From positions 374,418,001 to 374,482,000 of the forward strand of contig OZ024741.1 in assembly GCA_964016885.1 (NCBI GenBank): DNA of 64,000 nt, read 5' to 3'. The stretch's first letter is position 1. Each line of letters opens with the position of its first letter. Positions 1 through 11,700 of the stretch are shown in pieces. The notes under the pieces are model-generated. The model was given only the letters and a program-made list of their open reading frames with translations. It did not search any database and was not told the DNA's origin. This stretch comes from Eledone cirrhosa (Eukaryota). The position numbers and the translations under genes are program-made.

Positions 1-1133
1 TCAAAACAAATACAAAAACGAAGTTTTTAGTTAAACCCTTATTTCAGGATGTTAGGAGTTATAATTTATAGGATTTTCATTGTTCTTTGGAATGTATCTC
101 TTTGATAGTTTTTCTTTTGTTAAATGATGACTTTTTGGTCTTCATTAGGTCTCTTCATATTGGTGAGCAATCTCTTCCACCTCCCTACAGTTTAACCCAC
201 TGATTCCCAAAGTTGGTGCTACCACCTCATGATGTGGTGGTTGGAGAGGGGCACTGAAAATTTCATGGGGCATTGGGGGGTGAGGGGGGGAAAAGGAGTA
301 AAGAATATAAATTGGCAGTTGCTCATAAAAGCTGTCACCTTTAGTTATTCAATAAGTACTTAAATAAAACTTTTAAAAATATTACAATTTAATTTTCACT
401 GCATGTCACAAGAGGCAAGTAAAGGGGTTCGCATTGAGAAGGGCATCCAACTATAAAACATAGTCTCAAAACATCTTGTGGCCATAAAAATGTTGATGAC
501 ATATAATTTTTTTATCAATTTTGCAGTGGAGAAAATATACCCTCTAAAATGAGGGCAGTACTCCAAAAAGTTTTGGAAAAAACTCTGGGTTGTCTCTTTT
601 GATACTTTACCACCCCTGGTTGTGTAAAACGAAATATTTATATTTATCTAAAACCCTTCTATCATAATTTGTAATCATATATATGCATTATTTCATTACC
701 ATATTTCTAAGGAAAAACACTGCCTATGATTTTCAAATAATTATGAAAATCAAGAATTTGGGACTTTGTAATATAACTAACTTTCTTAATATCAAGGTGG
801 TGTTTGGAGCATAACTTGACAAAAGTTTTAGGTTGTTAGTAAAATAACTTTTTAGTTTTTAAGCTGGTATTTGAAATAATGTTTTCTTTCATAAAGTTAT
901 GATGGAAGGTCAAAACCTAATATGATCACTCAGTAGAGTGTGGGAGTATATGTGAGATGTAAGCACCTAGCCCATCTCAGAGGTTTGTGACAACTTGTTA
1001 AATTTTGTTACTTGGGAAAGCAAACGTTAAATGGTCATAATGATGATGACTTTAAACCGGCCGTATCCAACCAGAATTCTTTCACCTCTTTCTATTCAAA
1101 CTAGTCGTTACTGGCTGCTCATACTTATGTTAA

Positions 1134-2587
1134 CCCTTTAGCATTCAAAGCGACAAAAACCGACAAGATTATGTCCCCTTTCATTTATTCAAACCGACAT
1201 TTAATACCACACGGAGATTTCCTTCTAAAAATAAACATTGACATCATCGAAATCTCGTCAATTCGAGATTACTGCGAGATAAAGCCCTTACGCGCGAAAA
1301 TTAACTCTTAGTATAGTTAAAGAACTTGCGATAACACGTGTTTTTAACGTTGAAAGTGTAATATGGCTTCCGAAAGTAGCGACAACGAATTTGAAGGTTT
1401 TACGTCCGACGACATTCGAGATCAAAAAGAAACAGAAGATAATATCAGTGATTTATCTTCAAACGAATCAGATATATTTATTTCTGATATATCTTATAAT
1501 GATGATAGTTACTTTGAAAGTGAAAGAGAAGATTTGACTGACACCATTGAAAAAACAGCAACGTGGTTGAAAGAAACATCGATACATGTTTCGGATTTTA
1601 CTGAAAATATTGGACCACAACTCACATTACCACCCGATGCTAAAGCACTGGATTATTATTTTTTATTTTTACCACAATCTTTCTTCGAAGTTGTGGCAAA
1701 TCGCTATGCACAACAACAAATTTCTAATATCGGAAAACCCGATCTGTTATGGCGTCCGACAGATTCTGCCGAAATGAAAGCGTTTTTTACCATAAATATT
1801 ATGTTTGGTATTAAACAATTTGCACGACTGTGGAATTATTGGAGTACTGATATAAGGTTTGGTGACCCTTATATATCTAGTATTATGGCAAAAACGAGAT
1901 TCATTAAATTAAACCAGTATTTGCATCTGGTTGATACTTCAAATGCCTCTGGTAGAAATGAATCAAATTACGACCCACTGTACAAAGTACGACCATTAAT
2001 TGAAATATTGTCAGAAAAAATTAAAAGTGTGTATAAACTTATATATTGGGAACTTTCTGTTACGTAATTTTACACCGTACATTTACAGAGTACATTGCCA
2101 ATATTATTTTGACTGGTGAAAAGGTTTTATACATTTTTTTCAATGAAAATATTTGCCTGGAATGTAGAGAAAGACTAAAACCGTGTACTGATTACACCTG
2201 CATTTTTAATTAATTCACCTGTTCAGAAAACTGCTAGAATTGATGGAAATCAGCATCTAGGTCATTATTGGATTTTTTTGCAACAAATCTAACAGATAAG
2301 GCAGATAAAGTTTAAATTTTTGTGTTTATCCATAAAATTATTACTTTTACACCTGTTAATTAATTTCACCTGCCCATAAAAGTCAAATTTAACAAAAAAA
2401 AATCAGGTAAAAATATAAATTGTAAATTATAGTTATTTAAACATCTACTGACAAAATTTCAAGTCTGCACATAGAAAATTAAAGTAATTACAAACATAAA
2501 ATTGATAACCCTCTTGAGTATAATTAAGTGAAAATAATGCGAATAGATGAACATGACATTTGACAATTCAATGTGAATGCTAAAGGG
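1134..2587 (+). mobile_element. Internally deleted piggyBac-family DNA transposon
   Basis: TTAA at 1130-1133 and 2588-2591; 14-bp TIRs CCCTTTAGCATTCA / TGAATGCTAAAGGG; encloses a transposase fragment. Confidence 0.9.
1363..2067 (+). pseudogene. Truncated piggyBac (PGBD4-like) transposase, N-terminal 234 aa
   Basis: Acidic N-terminus (EFEGF), W..T...EM.AF, NYWS, M...RF..L..YLH, DPLYKVRPL motifs; stops where the first catalytic Asp is expected. Confidence 0.85.
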
Positions 2588-3197
2588 TTAAGGTATTGTT
2601 CTCAAAATAAATGATATCAAAATCTTGTAGATTTGATATGTGAAATAAATTGGTTACCATGAAAATACGATAGTATATATAATGTAAATGCTAAAGGATT
2701 AAAACAAACAGCTTGAAAATGGTTTCTGGCGATTTGGTATCAAACTCAGTATATTCACATTGTACATAGAATGGATCCTATTTGTTTTATCTGATTTCTT
2801 TCCAGATGTTGAAGCTCTTCAATAATTATTACTCAGCTTATAATGGTATAACAGTTTACCTCAAGCATTAAAGAACCCTCTCATAGTGCAGTAATTGTTT
2901 ATCTGTCTTAGCTACTGTGCTATAAATGGCTGCACTTTATACACTGAATAGCTTACTAGGCAACTTCCTGGAATATACAATTGTGGTTCATTGAGATTTC
3001 AGCCTGTAGTGCTTGTGGAATTTAAGCACTTAAAGTGTTAGAGCACAAGTAGTTTGTTATGGCTAATGTTCTATTTTTGTGTACTTGTTTCCCTTGCTTC
3101 AAGTAGTGATAATTTATATTTAGATATGCTTTTAGTAGAACAGACATAGTCTGATTTACTATTATTGCAGACACAAATAAAAATATCAATATGCTTA

Positions 3198-3560
3198 CCC
3201 TTTCGTTACCATATTTCTAATGAAAGATTACTTATGATTTTCAATTAATGTTGAAAATAATGAAGAATTTGGAGGGATTTAGTAATATAACTAACTTTCT
3301 CATTATTATGTATAGAACATAATATAAAAACAGCTCTTACATAAAATTATGGTGTAAAGTTTTATTAGATAAATACAAACGCTTTAAAATAAACAGCTTT
3401 GTACCATAGAACAAGGAGCATTTTTATGTGGTTTGGTCAAACGGGTTAACCCTTTCGTGACCATATTTCTTATGAAATACATTACCTATGTGTTTCAATT
3501 AATTTTGAAAATAATCAAAAATTTAGTGAGACTTTGTAAAATAACTAGCTTTTCTCCCTA
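3198..3560 (+). mobile_element. Two tandem TTAA-type MITE copies (second partial)
   Basis: CCCTTTCGTTACC at 3198 ... GGG TTAA CCCTTTCGTGACC at 3443-3462; both continue with similar CATATTTCT...TTCAATTAAT sequence. Confidence 0.55.
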
Positions 3561-3870
3561 GAAATAAATTATTAAAATATCATTCTTCTTTAATCACTTG
3601 CATATGTTAGTAGTCAACTTAATGGGTTTTCTCTTATGCAAACGATTAATCTATCAAAATGTAAATTTCCCAATTTGTATGATGGTTCAGATCAGTAATC
3701 GTGGTATATATGGCATACCAATCATAGACTCCAAAAATTAAATACATTCAACGCCATTGCCATCATTATTAATGACACTGGTTTACTAGTTAATTTATAA
3801 AATGCAATAAATGTATCTTATTCTTTTTGCCTCTATTATTAACTGAGATTCAAATGTAATTTATTTTTAG

Positions 3871-4010
3871 GCGTTGGTGGCATTGAAGCAGAAGCTGTTA
3901 TGCTTGGTCAGTCAATCAGTATGGTACTTCCTAAAGTTGTTGGCTACAAACTGACTGGTGAACTTGATCAGTATACAACATCTACAGATGTAGTCCTCAC
4001 AATTACTAAG
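3871..4010 (+). CDS. ACO1: Cytosolic aconitase / iron regulatory protein 1, internal exon ([13 protein letters not shown]...VVLTITK)
   Basis: tttttag acceptor, gtaatt donor, 140 bp; conserved aconitase A/IRP sequence. Confidence 0.95.
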
Positions 4011-4042
4011 GTAATTCTTGCATTTCTATTACTTGTTTTTAA

Positions 4043-4272
4043 CCCTTTTGTTACCAAACCGGCTAAAACCGGCTCTGTATCTATGAAATAAAATCACCCA
4101 TTTTATAGGTTTCGTATTTAAATTAATATATTACAACATAATTTTATTTAAGAATCTTACATTAATTTACTATCTTAGTAATGAAATAATTGGTAATTTT
4201 AATAAATCCCTCAAAATTCTTTATTAATTAATTGAAATAGTGTATTTCATTAGAAATACAGTCATGAAAGGG
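4043..4272. mobile_element. TTAA-flanked MITE (piggyBac-type ends)
   Basis: TTAA|CCCTTT ... AAAGGG|TTAA with imperfect TIRs, non-coding. Confidence 0.65.
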
Positions 4273-5006
4273 TTAAATTATATGAAAGCATGTGGCTTAG
4301 TTGTTATGATCATAATTGTTGTGGGTTCAAATCTTGGACCAAGTGGCAGTTTGTATTCTTGAGAAAGATGCTTCATTTCATGTCACTTTTCATCATAGGA
4401 CTAGGGCGCTTATGATTAAAACACCCAAGAAACCCCCCTATAAGACATAATTTGTATTATAAATAGAACAAGCCTTGAAGTAAAAACATGAAAAATTTAT
4501 ACGAGGCAAAAATACGACTTATTTTTGATAAGTATACACTAAATATTTCACTAACTTCATTATTTCTTCTCTTCCTCTCTGTCTATAATTATCATCATTG
4601 TTTTTGCGTTAACTTTTCCATACTGGCTTAAGTTGGATGGGACTTTTTGAGGCAGTGTTTTATAGTGGGCTGCTTTTCTTGACACAAACCCTTTTAATTT
4701 CTTCTTATATGCAAGGATACAGTGTGCTTTTTCTAAGCCATATGCACGTGGCTTCACAATGTGGGATCCTAACCACGGCCTATATATATATATATATATA
4801 TATATATTTTTTTGTCAATCAAATATTATCAATCTCACACATATCTGTATGTGTAGCTAATGTACCTCTCTTCCTTTTTGTCTCTTCCATCTCTCTCAGC
4901 ACAGCCACTGCTTTCTCCTTTCAGTGTGACAGAAAGAAAAGAAAAGAACAAGCATACATTATTTAGCATTTTATATATTAAGATGTTCTCTTTTCATTCT
5001 TTTTAG

Positions 5007-5178
5007 CATCTACGAAGTGTTGGTGTTGTTAGTAAATTTGTTGAATTCTATGGCTCAGGAGTTGCCCAGCTTTCTATTGCTGATCGATCAACTATATCCA
5101 ATATGTGTCCTGAATATGGAGCTACTGTTGGTTATTTTCCAATCGATCAAATAAGCATTGACTATCTTCAACAAACCA
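5007..5178 (+). CDS. ACO1: ACO1 exon ([16 protein letters not shown]...[14 protein letters not shown]...QQT)
   Basis: ttttag acceptor, gtaag donor, 172 bp, in phase with neighbouring exons. Confidence 0.95.
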
Positions 5179-5294
5179 GTAAGATATTTGCCATTAATCC
5201 TATTTTGCAATATGCTTTCAATGTTGTATTTTGTTTTTTAATTATTTATAATATATTATATATATATATATATATTATATATGTGTATATTTAT

Positions 5295-5325
<31 letters not shown>

Positions 5326-5326
5326 C

Positions 5327-5678
5327 ACCCCCTACCCTATCCTCCCACTTCCACCAACACCTCCCTCTCTCTGTAAAGTTGGTACCACAACATCCAGTCC
5401 AAATAAATGAGATAATGAGATCGAGATCGTGTAGGTGTCACGACAAAAAAACACACAGTCCACGCTGTAATGTGGCCGTGTAGGTAACACGGTAAAAAGT
5501 TCCCAGTTTCACACTGTAAATGTGGTTGGTGTTAGGAAGGGCATCCAGCCGTAGAAAACCTGCCAGATAGTCCTATATGAGCGAGACACGGTCACCCGAC
5601 CAACCTTGCTGCAAGTGGGACAACTCCTGTCTAACCCATGCTAGCGTGGAAGATGGACGTTATACGATGATGATGATG
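5327..5678 (+). mobile_element. Diverged 3' UTR fragment of RTE family B
   Basis: GTGTAGGTGTCACGAC...GGAAGGGCATCCAG...CCCATGCTAGCGTGGAA...(TGA)n; TA repeat at the 5' side. Confidence 0.75.
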
Positions 5679-5889
5679 AATATATTATATCTGTGTGGTT
5701 TAGAAATTCACTTCTGAACCAAGTGATTTCAGGTTTAGTCCTATTGTGTAACACCTTGGGCAACTGTTGTCTACTATAGCCCCAGGTCATTCAACGCCTT
5801 GTGTGTGAACTTGGTACATGGAAACTATAAGGAAGCATATCATATATATATATATATATATACGATGATATTAAATAAATGGAAACTAT

Positions 5890-5986
5890 ATTTATAAAAC
5901 CATATTTATTCTATTATATATATTTCAAGGGTACCAAAACTTTGGTACGCTTTCATCAGATAAAATACAAAGTTTGTTTTATAAAT
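5890..5986 (-). ncRNA. Type I hammerhead ribozyme, family 2 copy 1
   Basis: Minus strand reads TATTTTAT-CTGATGA-AAGcGTACCAAA gt TTTGGTACcCTT-GAAA-TATATA-TA-ATAGAATA; outer stem ATTTATAAAAC/GTTTTATAAAT. Confidence 0.85.
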
Positions 5987-6435
5987 GTTGACATAACAAA
6001 GAAAAGATACCTTAATGGTTCAAGTTTTTCTTGGATAGTTTTCTTGGTTCAAGTTTTTCTTGACTATCCAAGAAAAACTTGAACCGTTAAGGTATCTTTT
6101 CTTGGTTATGATCATTTGTACATACATGATGAACATTTATATAATCATATCCTAGAAATAAATTAACATATATTTATCTTTAATTACTTCCATGTGTCAG
6201 TAACTAACTTAACCAATAGGATTTCTCTTATGCAAATCATAAATTTACCAAAATAGGAATTTCTCAATTTGTATGATTGTTCATATATCCAGTAATTTTA
6301 GTATTGATGGCACTGGTCCACGAGTAAAAGAAAAAAAACTGCACTGAGGCTGAATGAGATTTTGTTGGGTAAAAATTTAAAGTTCTCTCAAAGATATTTT
6401 AGAGCAAAGCTAAATATATATTCTTATATACAATT

Positions 6436-6765
6436 GTACTTGCTTCGGCAATTTGTTTTTGTTAGTTGTTTAACCTTGTAACACCCAAGGAGACGTAGGG
6501 GCGCCATATTAATATACAGTGTCTCTAATGTTTGTTTGTTTTTTAAACTTGGTGGAGCCCATCTACTCTCCAGGTCTGAATACAGCAGATTATTTTCCAG
6601 AGAAGGATAGAGAGTGAGAGAAAAGAAATGAGAAAGAGATATAGAGGAAGAATTGACCCCAGTAATGGCCTGTACATATACTAAAATCGGAATGATACAT
6701 TGATGATTAACATGGCCCCTGTGCAAGGACGACTTCACAAATTTGTGAAGTATCTCATTTTTTTT
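6436..6765 (+). pseudogene. U6 snRNA pseudogene split by a 221-bp insertion
   Basis: GTACTTGCTTCGGCA (6436-6450) plus GTACATATACTAAAAT...CATGGCCCCTG...GTGAAG...T-run (6672-6765); ACAGAGA box mutated to ACATTGA. Confidence 0.9.
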
Positions 6766-6766
6766 A

Positions 6767-6920
6767 GGCTGTGAATTGGCTGAGTCATTATGTTATCAGA
6801 TTACCTGCAGTGGTATTTATTCAGGCTTGCTGTGCTCTGAGTTCTAATCCTGCCATGGTCAACTTTGCCTTTCACCTTTTCAGGGTTGATGAATAAAGTA
6901 TCAGTCCAGTACTGGAGTCC
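6767..6920 (+). mobile_element. tRNA-derived SINE copy (degenerate)
   Basis: B-box-like GAGTTCTAATCC followed by GTCAACTTTGCCTTTCA...AATAAAGTA, shared with copies at 7800-8010, 14447-14656 and 43932-44760. Confidence 0.6.
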
Positions 6921-7118
6921 ATTCTTCCTCTATATCACTCTCCCAGTCCTTCTCTGGAAGATATCAGCTGTTCAGACCTGAGGAGAGAGATGGACTCTGT
7001 ATGTCACTATGGCACCCCTACAACTCCATCTGGAGTTACAAGTCTATACACTCATACACTCCATTGTCTTATGCGATTGTTCCATTTCACTTGTTCTGCA
7101 TAATTTTCTTCTTTCTAG

Positions 7119-7219
7119 ATCGTAATGAAGAGAATCTGTTATATATAGAAACATTCCTCAAAGCAAACAAAATGTTTAGGGACTATACTAACTCTGATGA
7201 GGATCCTATATATAGTGAG
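7119..7219 (+). CDS. ACO1: ACO1 exon (RNEENLLYIETFLKANKMFRD...DPIYSE)
   Basis: tttctag acceptor, gtaag donor, 101 bp, phase-consistent. Confidence 0.9.
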
Positions 7220-7449
7220 GTAAGTGGAAATATTTCTCTTTGGTTCATGTGGGATCCTTAGGTCAACCAATGCCATAAGTTAATATATATACTTGAATAT
7301 AAGTCGAGGTATATATGACCGAAAAAATTGATCGTAGAAGGTGGGGTATAGATTATTTATGGTGTTGATGTGTTCATCAATCAAGTTCTCAGTACTGGTG
7401 TAGCCAGTTACTAGGGTGTCATTCTAGATGTTTTCAGTTAGTTGCTCAC

Positions 7450-7592
7450 TTATTCATCGTCATGCGCAAAAAAGTTGCAGTATTGTGATGTTCAGTTCTT
7501 GATGTTGTCAGATTAGGATCTCCTTTGTTTGCTTTTCTTTTGCTCTCTCTCAACTGTGCCCTGAAGAATGGTTTTAGACAAGGAGTCGTTGA
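7450..7592 (-). mobile_element. Decayed RTE C-terminal fragment
   Basis: Minus strand encodes DSLSKTILQGTVE...SDNIK with stops, typical of the RTE ORF end. Confidence 0.55.
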
Positions 7593-7799
7593 AAGATACC
7601 AGGTGACTGAAAGCGGTTAGCACCAGGAAGGGCATCCAACTGTAAAATATTAACATAAAAAAAAACCCATGAGGGGTATGAAGTGTCATTGGGTCTGCAA
7701 GGCTAACTTTTGTGTAGGAGGGAAGATTGCCTTAATATGCTTGCTGTTGCATAATGTTGAGATTAAAATTACAGTTGGTGATGAACATTTATTATAATA

Positions 7800-8010
7800 G
7801 TTTCTGATTTAGACACAAGGCAAACAGTTTTGGTGGCAAGGAAAGTCGATTAAATCGACCCCAGTGTGTTACTGGTGCTTTATTTTATCGACCCCAGATG
7901 AAAATCAAAGCTTATTTCGGTGGGATTTGAACTCAGAATGTAAAGGGGCATGACTCTATGATGCAAAGCATGTTGCCCCAAGCTCGACTGATACTGCCAA
8001 GCCACCGCCC
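7800..8010 (-). mobile_element. tRNA-derived SINE copy
   Basis: GGGATTTGAACTC (reverse B box) and ATCGACCCCAG repeats shared with 43932-44760. Confidence 0.65.
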
Positions 8011-8109
8011 ATTTATTATAATGAAATTAATTTCAAATAATTGTAACATTTGTTGCAATATGTATGGTAATGTTTTTTTATTTCTATTTTTATTATTTTC
8101 CTTAAACAG

Positions 8110-8238
8110 TACTATGAATTAGATTTGAGCACAGTGAGTTCATGCTGTTCAGGGCCAAAGCGTCCTCATGACAAGGTACTAGTAAAAGATTTAAAAGAAG
8201 ATTTCGCCAATTGTTTGACATCACCAGTTGGTTTCAAG
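8110..8238 (+). CDS. ACO1: ACO1 exon ([21 protein letters not shown]...VGFK)
   Basis: aaacag acceptor, gtaaat donor, 129 bp; SGPKRP.D motif. Confidence 0.93.
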
Positions 8239-8740
8239 GTAAATTTTCATATTAAATCACCTTTACTTGATGTTTGTATTTTATTCTTTCAATATTGTGA
8301 GCTAAATAGAATTGTTGAGGCATACATCTAGTATGCACCTCCTTCCCCTCCATCACCTCCCTTTTTGTAACACACCACTCCTCACACTTGCCCCTAGATG
8401 CACCTCCCCTACCCAAGTCCCCAGCCCATACTTTAAAGAAGTTGTGTAGGTGTCATGACAAAAATTGCCCAGTAAAGTCGTCAGCTAGGTGTCACGACAA
8501 AAGCACCCTGTACACTGTACATGTAGTCGGCATTAGGAAGGGCATCCAGCCGTTAGAGACCAAGCCAAAATAAGTTCTATATGAGCAAAACAGTCATACA
8601 GCCTGGCTTGTCTCACAACTTGTCTTTAACATGGACGTTAAACAGCAATGATGATATATATAGTTGGTTGTATAGTTGGACATATCATCACGTTTTTACA
8701 TCTGCTTTTCCATGCTTGCATGGGTTGGACATATATATAT

Positions 8741-11700
8741 ATTATGATGTTCCCTGTTGTATTAGCGTTAAATTTTCCCTGCTGTATTAGCGATAAATTT
8801 TCGAGGGTTTCTCTTAGTAGTTTTTCATGACGTTATTATTGTTAATTTTACTGATGTAGTATTAACTTATTAACTTGGATATTTACCATGCGGTATTCTA
8901 ATCCTATTGTATCTCTCTGTTATTTACCATGCAACCCTCAGTTCCTACCCCCCCCCTCTCTATGCACTTCTTTAAGGCTTACTACCCTGTCTTTAACCTA
9001 ATTCATTCAATCTGAAAATATTGAAGAGATAAGACACTTTCCCATTCTTCTCTGCTAAAATGTATCACTAGAGCTGATTCCAATTTTTCCAGCCATCCAT
9101 CTAATCTACGAAGGTATTTTAGCCTACATATTGTCGTTAATATTATGATGTTCCCTGTTGTATTAGCGTTAAATTTTCCCTGCTGTATTAGCGATAAATT
9201 TTCGAGGGTTTCTCTTAGTAGTTTTTCATGACGTTATTATTGTTAATTTTACTGATGTAGTATTAACTTGGATATTTACCATGCGACCCTCAGTTCCTAC
9301 CTCACAATTTCCCTCCCCCCCACCCCCACACACCACCATAGTCTATTCGACCAATCAAACCTAGCATGCCATTTCCACTGCTGCTGCTACTACCTGCCTA
9401 ACTAACTCTCTCCTCCTCTGGCGCATCCCAACACACCCTGCCATTACCCCACCACCACTGTTCTTCTAGCCCTCAATTTTCCCACCGTTATGGATGGATG
9501 AGCTGGGAATACACGAGCAACTCTGAATCAATAGATGAAATATGAATCTGCGAGCTACCAAGCACCCACGTGAAGCGCCAACCCAGAGACCCTCCCCTAC
9601 GAGTGTCGACAAATGCCCAAAACTCCGAGTTGGTACCATCAATGTAGGCTCAATGAAAGGAAGAGCAGGAGAAATCGTAGAAATGCTAGAGCGAAAGGAA
9701 GTTGATGTATGCTGTGTGCAAGAGACTAGATGGAGAGGAGGGTCTGCTAGAGTCCTTGTAGGAAAAAGCCAGTGCTACAAATTTTTCTGGGTGGGAAATG
9801 ACGATGGGATGGGTGGTGTAGGTATACTATTAGCTGACAAGTGGGTAGATAAAGTAATCTCAGTGTACAGGGTAAATGCAAGAATCATTAAACTCAGACT
9901 AGTCCTGAATAAGACAATTACCACAATAATATCAGCTTACGCACCCCAATCGGGGCTGCCAGACGAACTTAAGGATAGGTTTTACGAGTCCCTAATACAC
10001 ACTACTGCTCTAACAGACGACAAGGACTTCCTAATCATTGCAGAAGATTTTAACGGACACGTAGGTAAACACTGCGACGGCTTCAATAGAGTACATGGAG
10101 GTCATGGAGTTGGCACAAGGAATGAGGAAGGATTCAGACTTCTAGAATTCTGCGACGCCAATGACATGTCGATATGTAACACAAACTTTAAAAAACCCGA
10201 CAACCACCTGATCACCTATAGATCAGGGGAGCACTCTAGTCAGTTAGATTTTATCCTCATCAGAGGACGTGACAGATGGACGGTCGTAAACACAAAAGCC
10301 TTCCCTAGTGAGGAATGTACATCCCAACATAGCTTAGTTGTCAGCGACCTCACGGTCAGAACTAGACGAGCCCTGAAACAGAGGCCAACCTGGAGAAGAA
10401 AGATCTGGAAGCTGAAAGTCCCCTCAACCAGTAACAGATTTAAAGATATTTTGCTCAACGCCTACGACAGTAAAGAAGAACAGATAGACATTTAACGTAG
10501 AAGAGAACTGGGAGTTCCTAAAAAATAACTTACTAGAGGCGACGGATGAGGTTTGTGGCTGGAGTAAGACCTCAAGCAGGAGGAGAGTGACTTGGTGGTG
10601 GAACAATAAGGTAGATGAAGCAGTCAAGGCCAAGAGACAGGCATGGAAAGAATGGAAGAACGGGGGGAGCAGGGTACATTACATAGAGACCAAGAGGGAA
10701 GCTAGGCGACAAGTATACTTAGCTAGGAGGGAAGCAGAGGATAGAAAATTCAAGCATGTTTTACAACGTGAGGACCAGAAACAGGAGGTATTCAAGATTG
10801 CGAGGCAGTGTGTCAGAGATAGTTGTGATGTCATTGGAGAGAAGTGTATCCGGAATGATAAAGGTGAGCTTGCCCTCACAAGTGCTGAGAAGAAAGATGC
10901 ATGGAAGAGTCATTATGATAGATTACTAAATGAGGAGAATGCATGGGAAGAAGAGACCCTACCCCACGTAGACCCTATAGAGGGACCAGCAGTACAAGTC
11001 AGCGGCAGCGTAGTAAGTAAGGCAATCAGAGATATGAAGATAGGGAAGGCAACCGGTCCATCGGGTATAGCTGCCGAGATGCTGAAGGCATCTGGGTCTG
11101 TAGGTCACACTATAACCACACGTATCGTTAACCAGGTAATACTAGAGGCGGCCATACCAAAAGATTGGTGCAGTAGCATCATTGTCAACTGCTACAAAGG
11201 TAAAGGCGATGCACTAGATAGAGGAAACTATAGAGGTATAAAGTTGATGGACCAGGTCATGAAAGTAACAGAAAGAGTTATAGCACAGCTGATTAGGGAC
11301 CGGGTGAATATAGACGAGATGCAATTTGGGTTTGTACCAGGGAAAGGCACCACTGATGCCCTCTTCCTTGTGAGGCAATTACAGGAAAAGTACCTAGCTA
11401 AAAGTAAGCCACTCTACTTGGCATTTGTCGACCTTGAGAAAGCCTTTGACAGAGTTCCACGTGCAGTAATCTGGTGGGCTCTTAGAAAACTAGGAGTAGA
11501 TGAATGGCTTGTGAAAGCGGTACAAGCCATGTATAGGGGAGCAGTCAGCAAAGTTAGGATTGGCAATGAGTATAGCGAGGAATTTAGCGTACAGGTTGGG
11601 GTCCACCAGGGCTCTGTTCTTAGCCCTCTCCTGTTCATCATAGTCCTGCAGGCAATAACGGAGGAGTTTAAGACCGGATGCCCATGGGAACTCCTGTATG

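Noticed and set aside
6451-6671. Spliceosomal intron inside U6, as in some fungi
   Set aside because: No GT...AG ends on the U6 strand, part of the insert matches a nearby repeat, and the U6 core is mutated.
7551-7610. CTGAAGA...GAAA possible hammerhead
   Set aside because: Stem II is mostly G-U and stem I is missing; explained as the antisense of a decayed RTE coding fragment.
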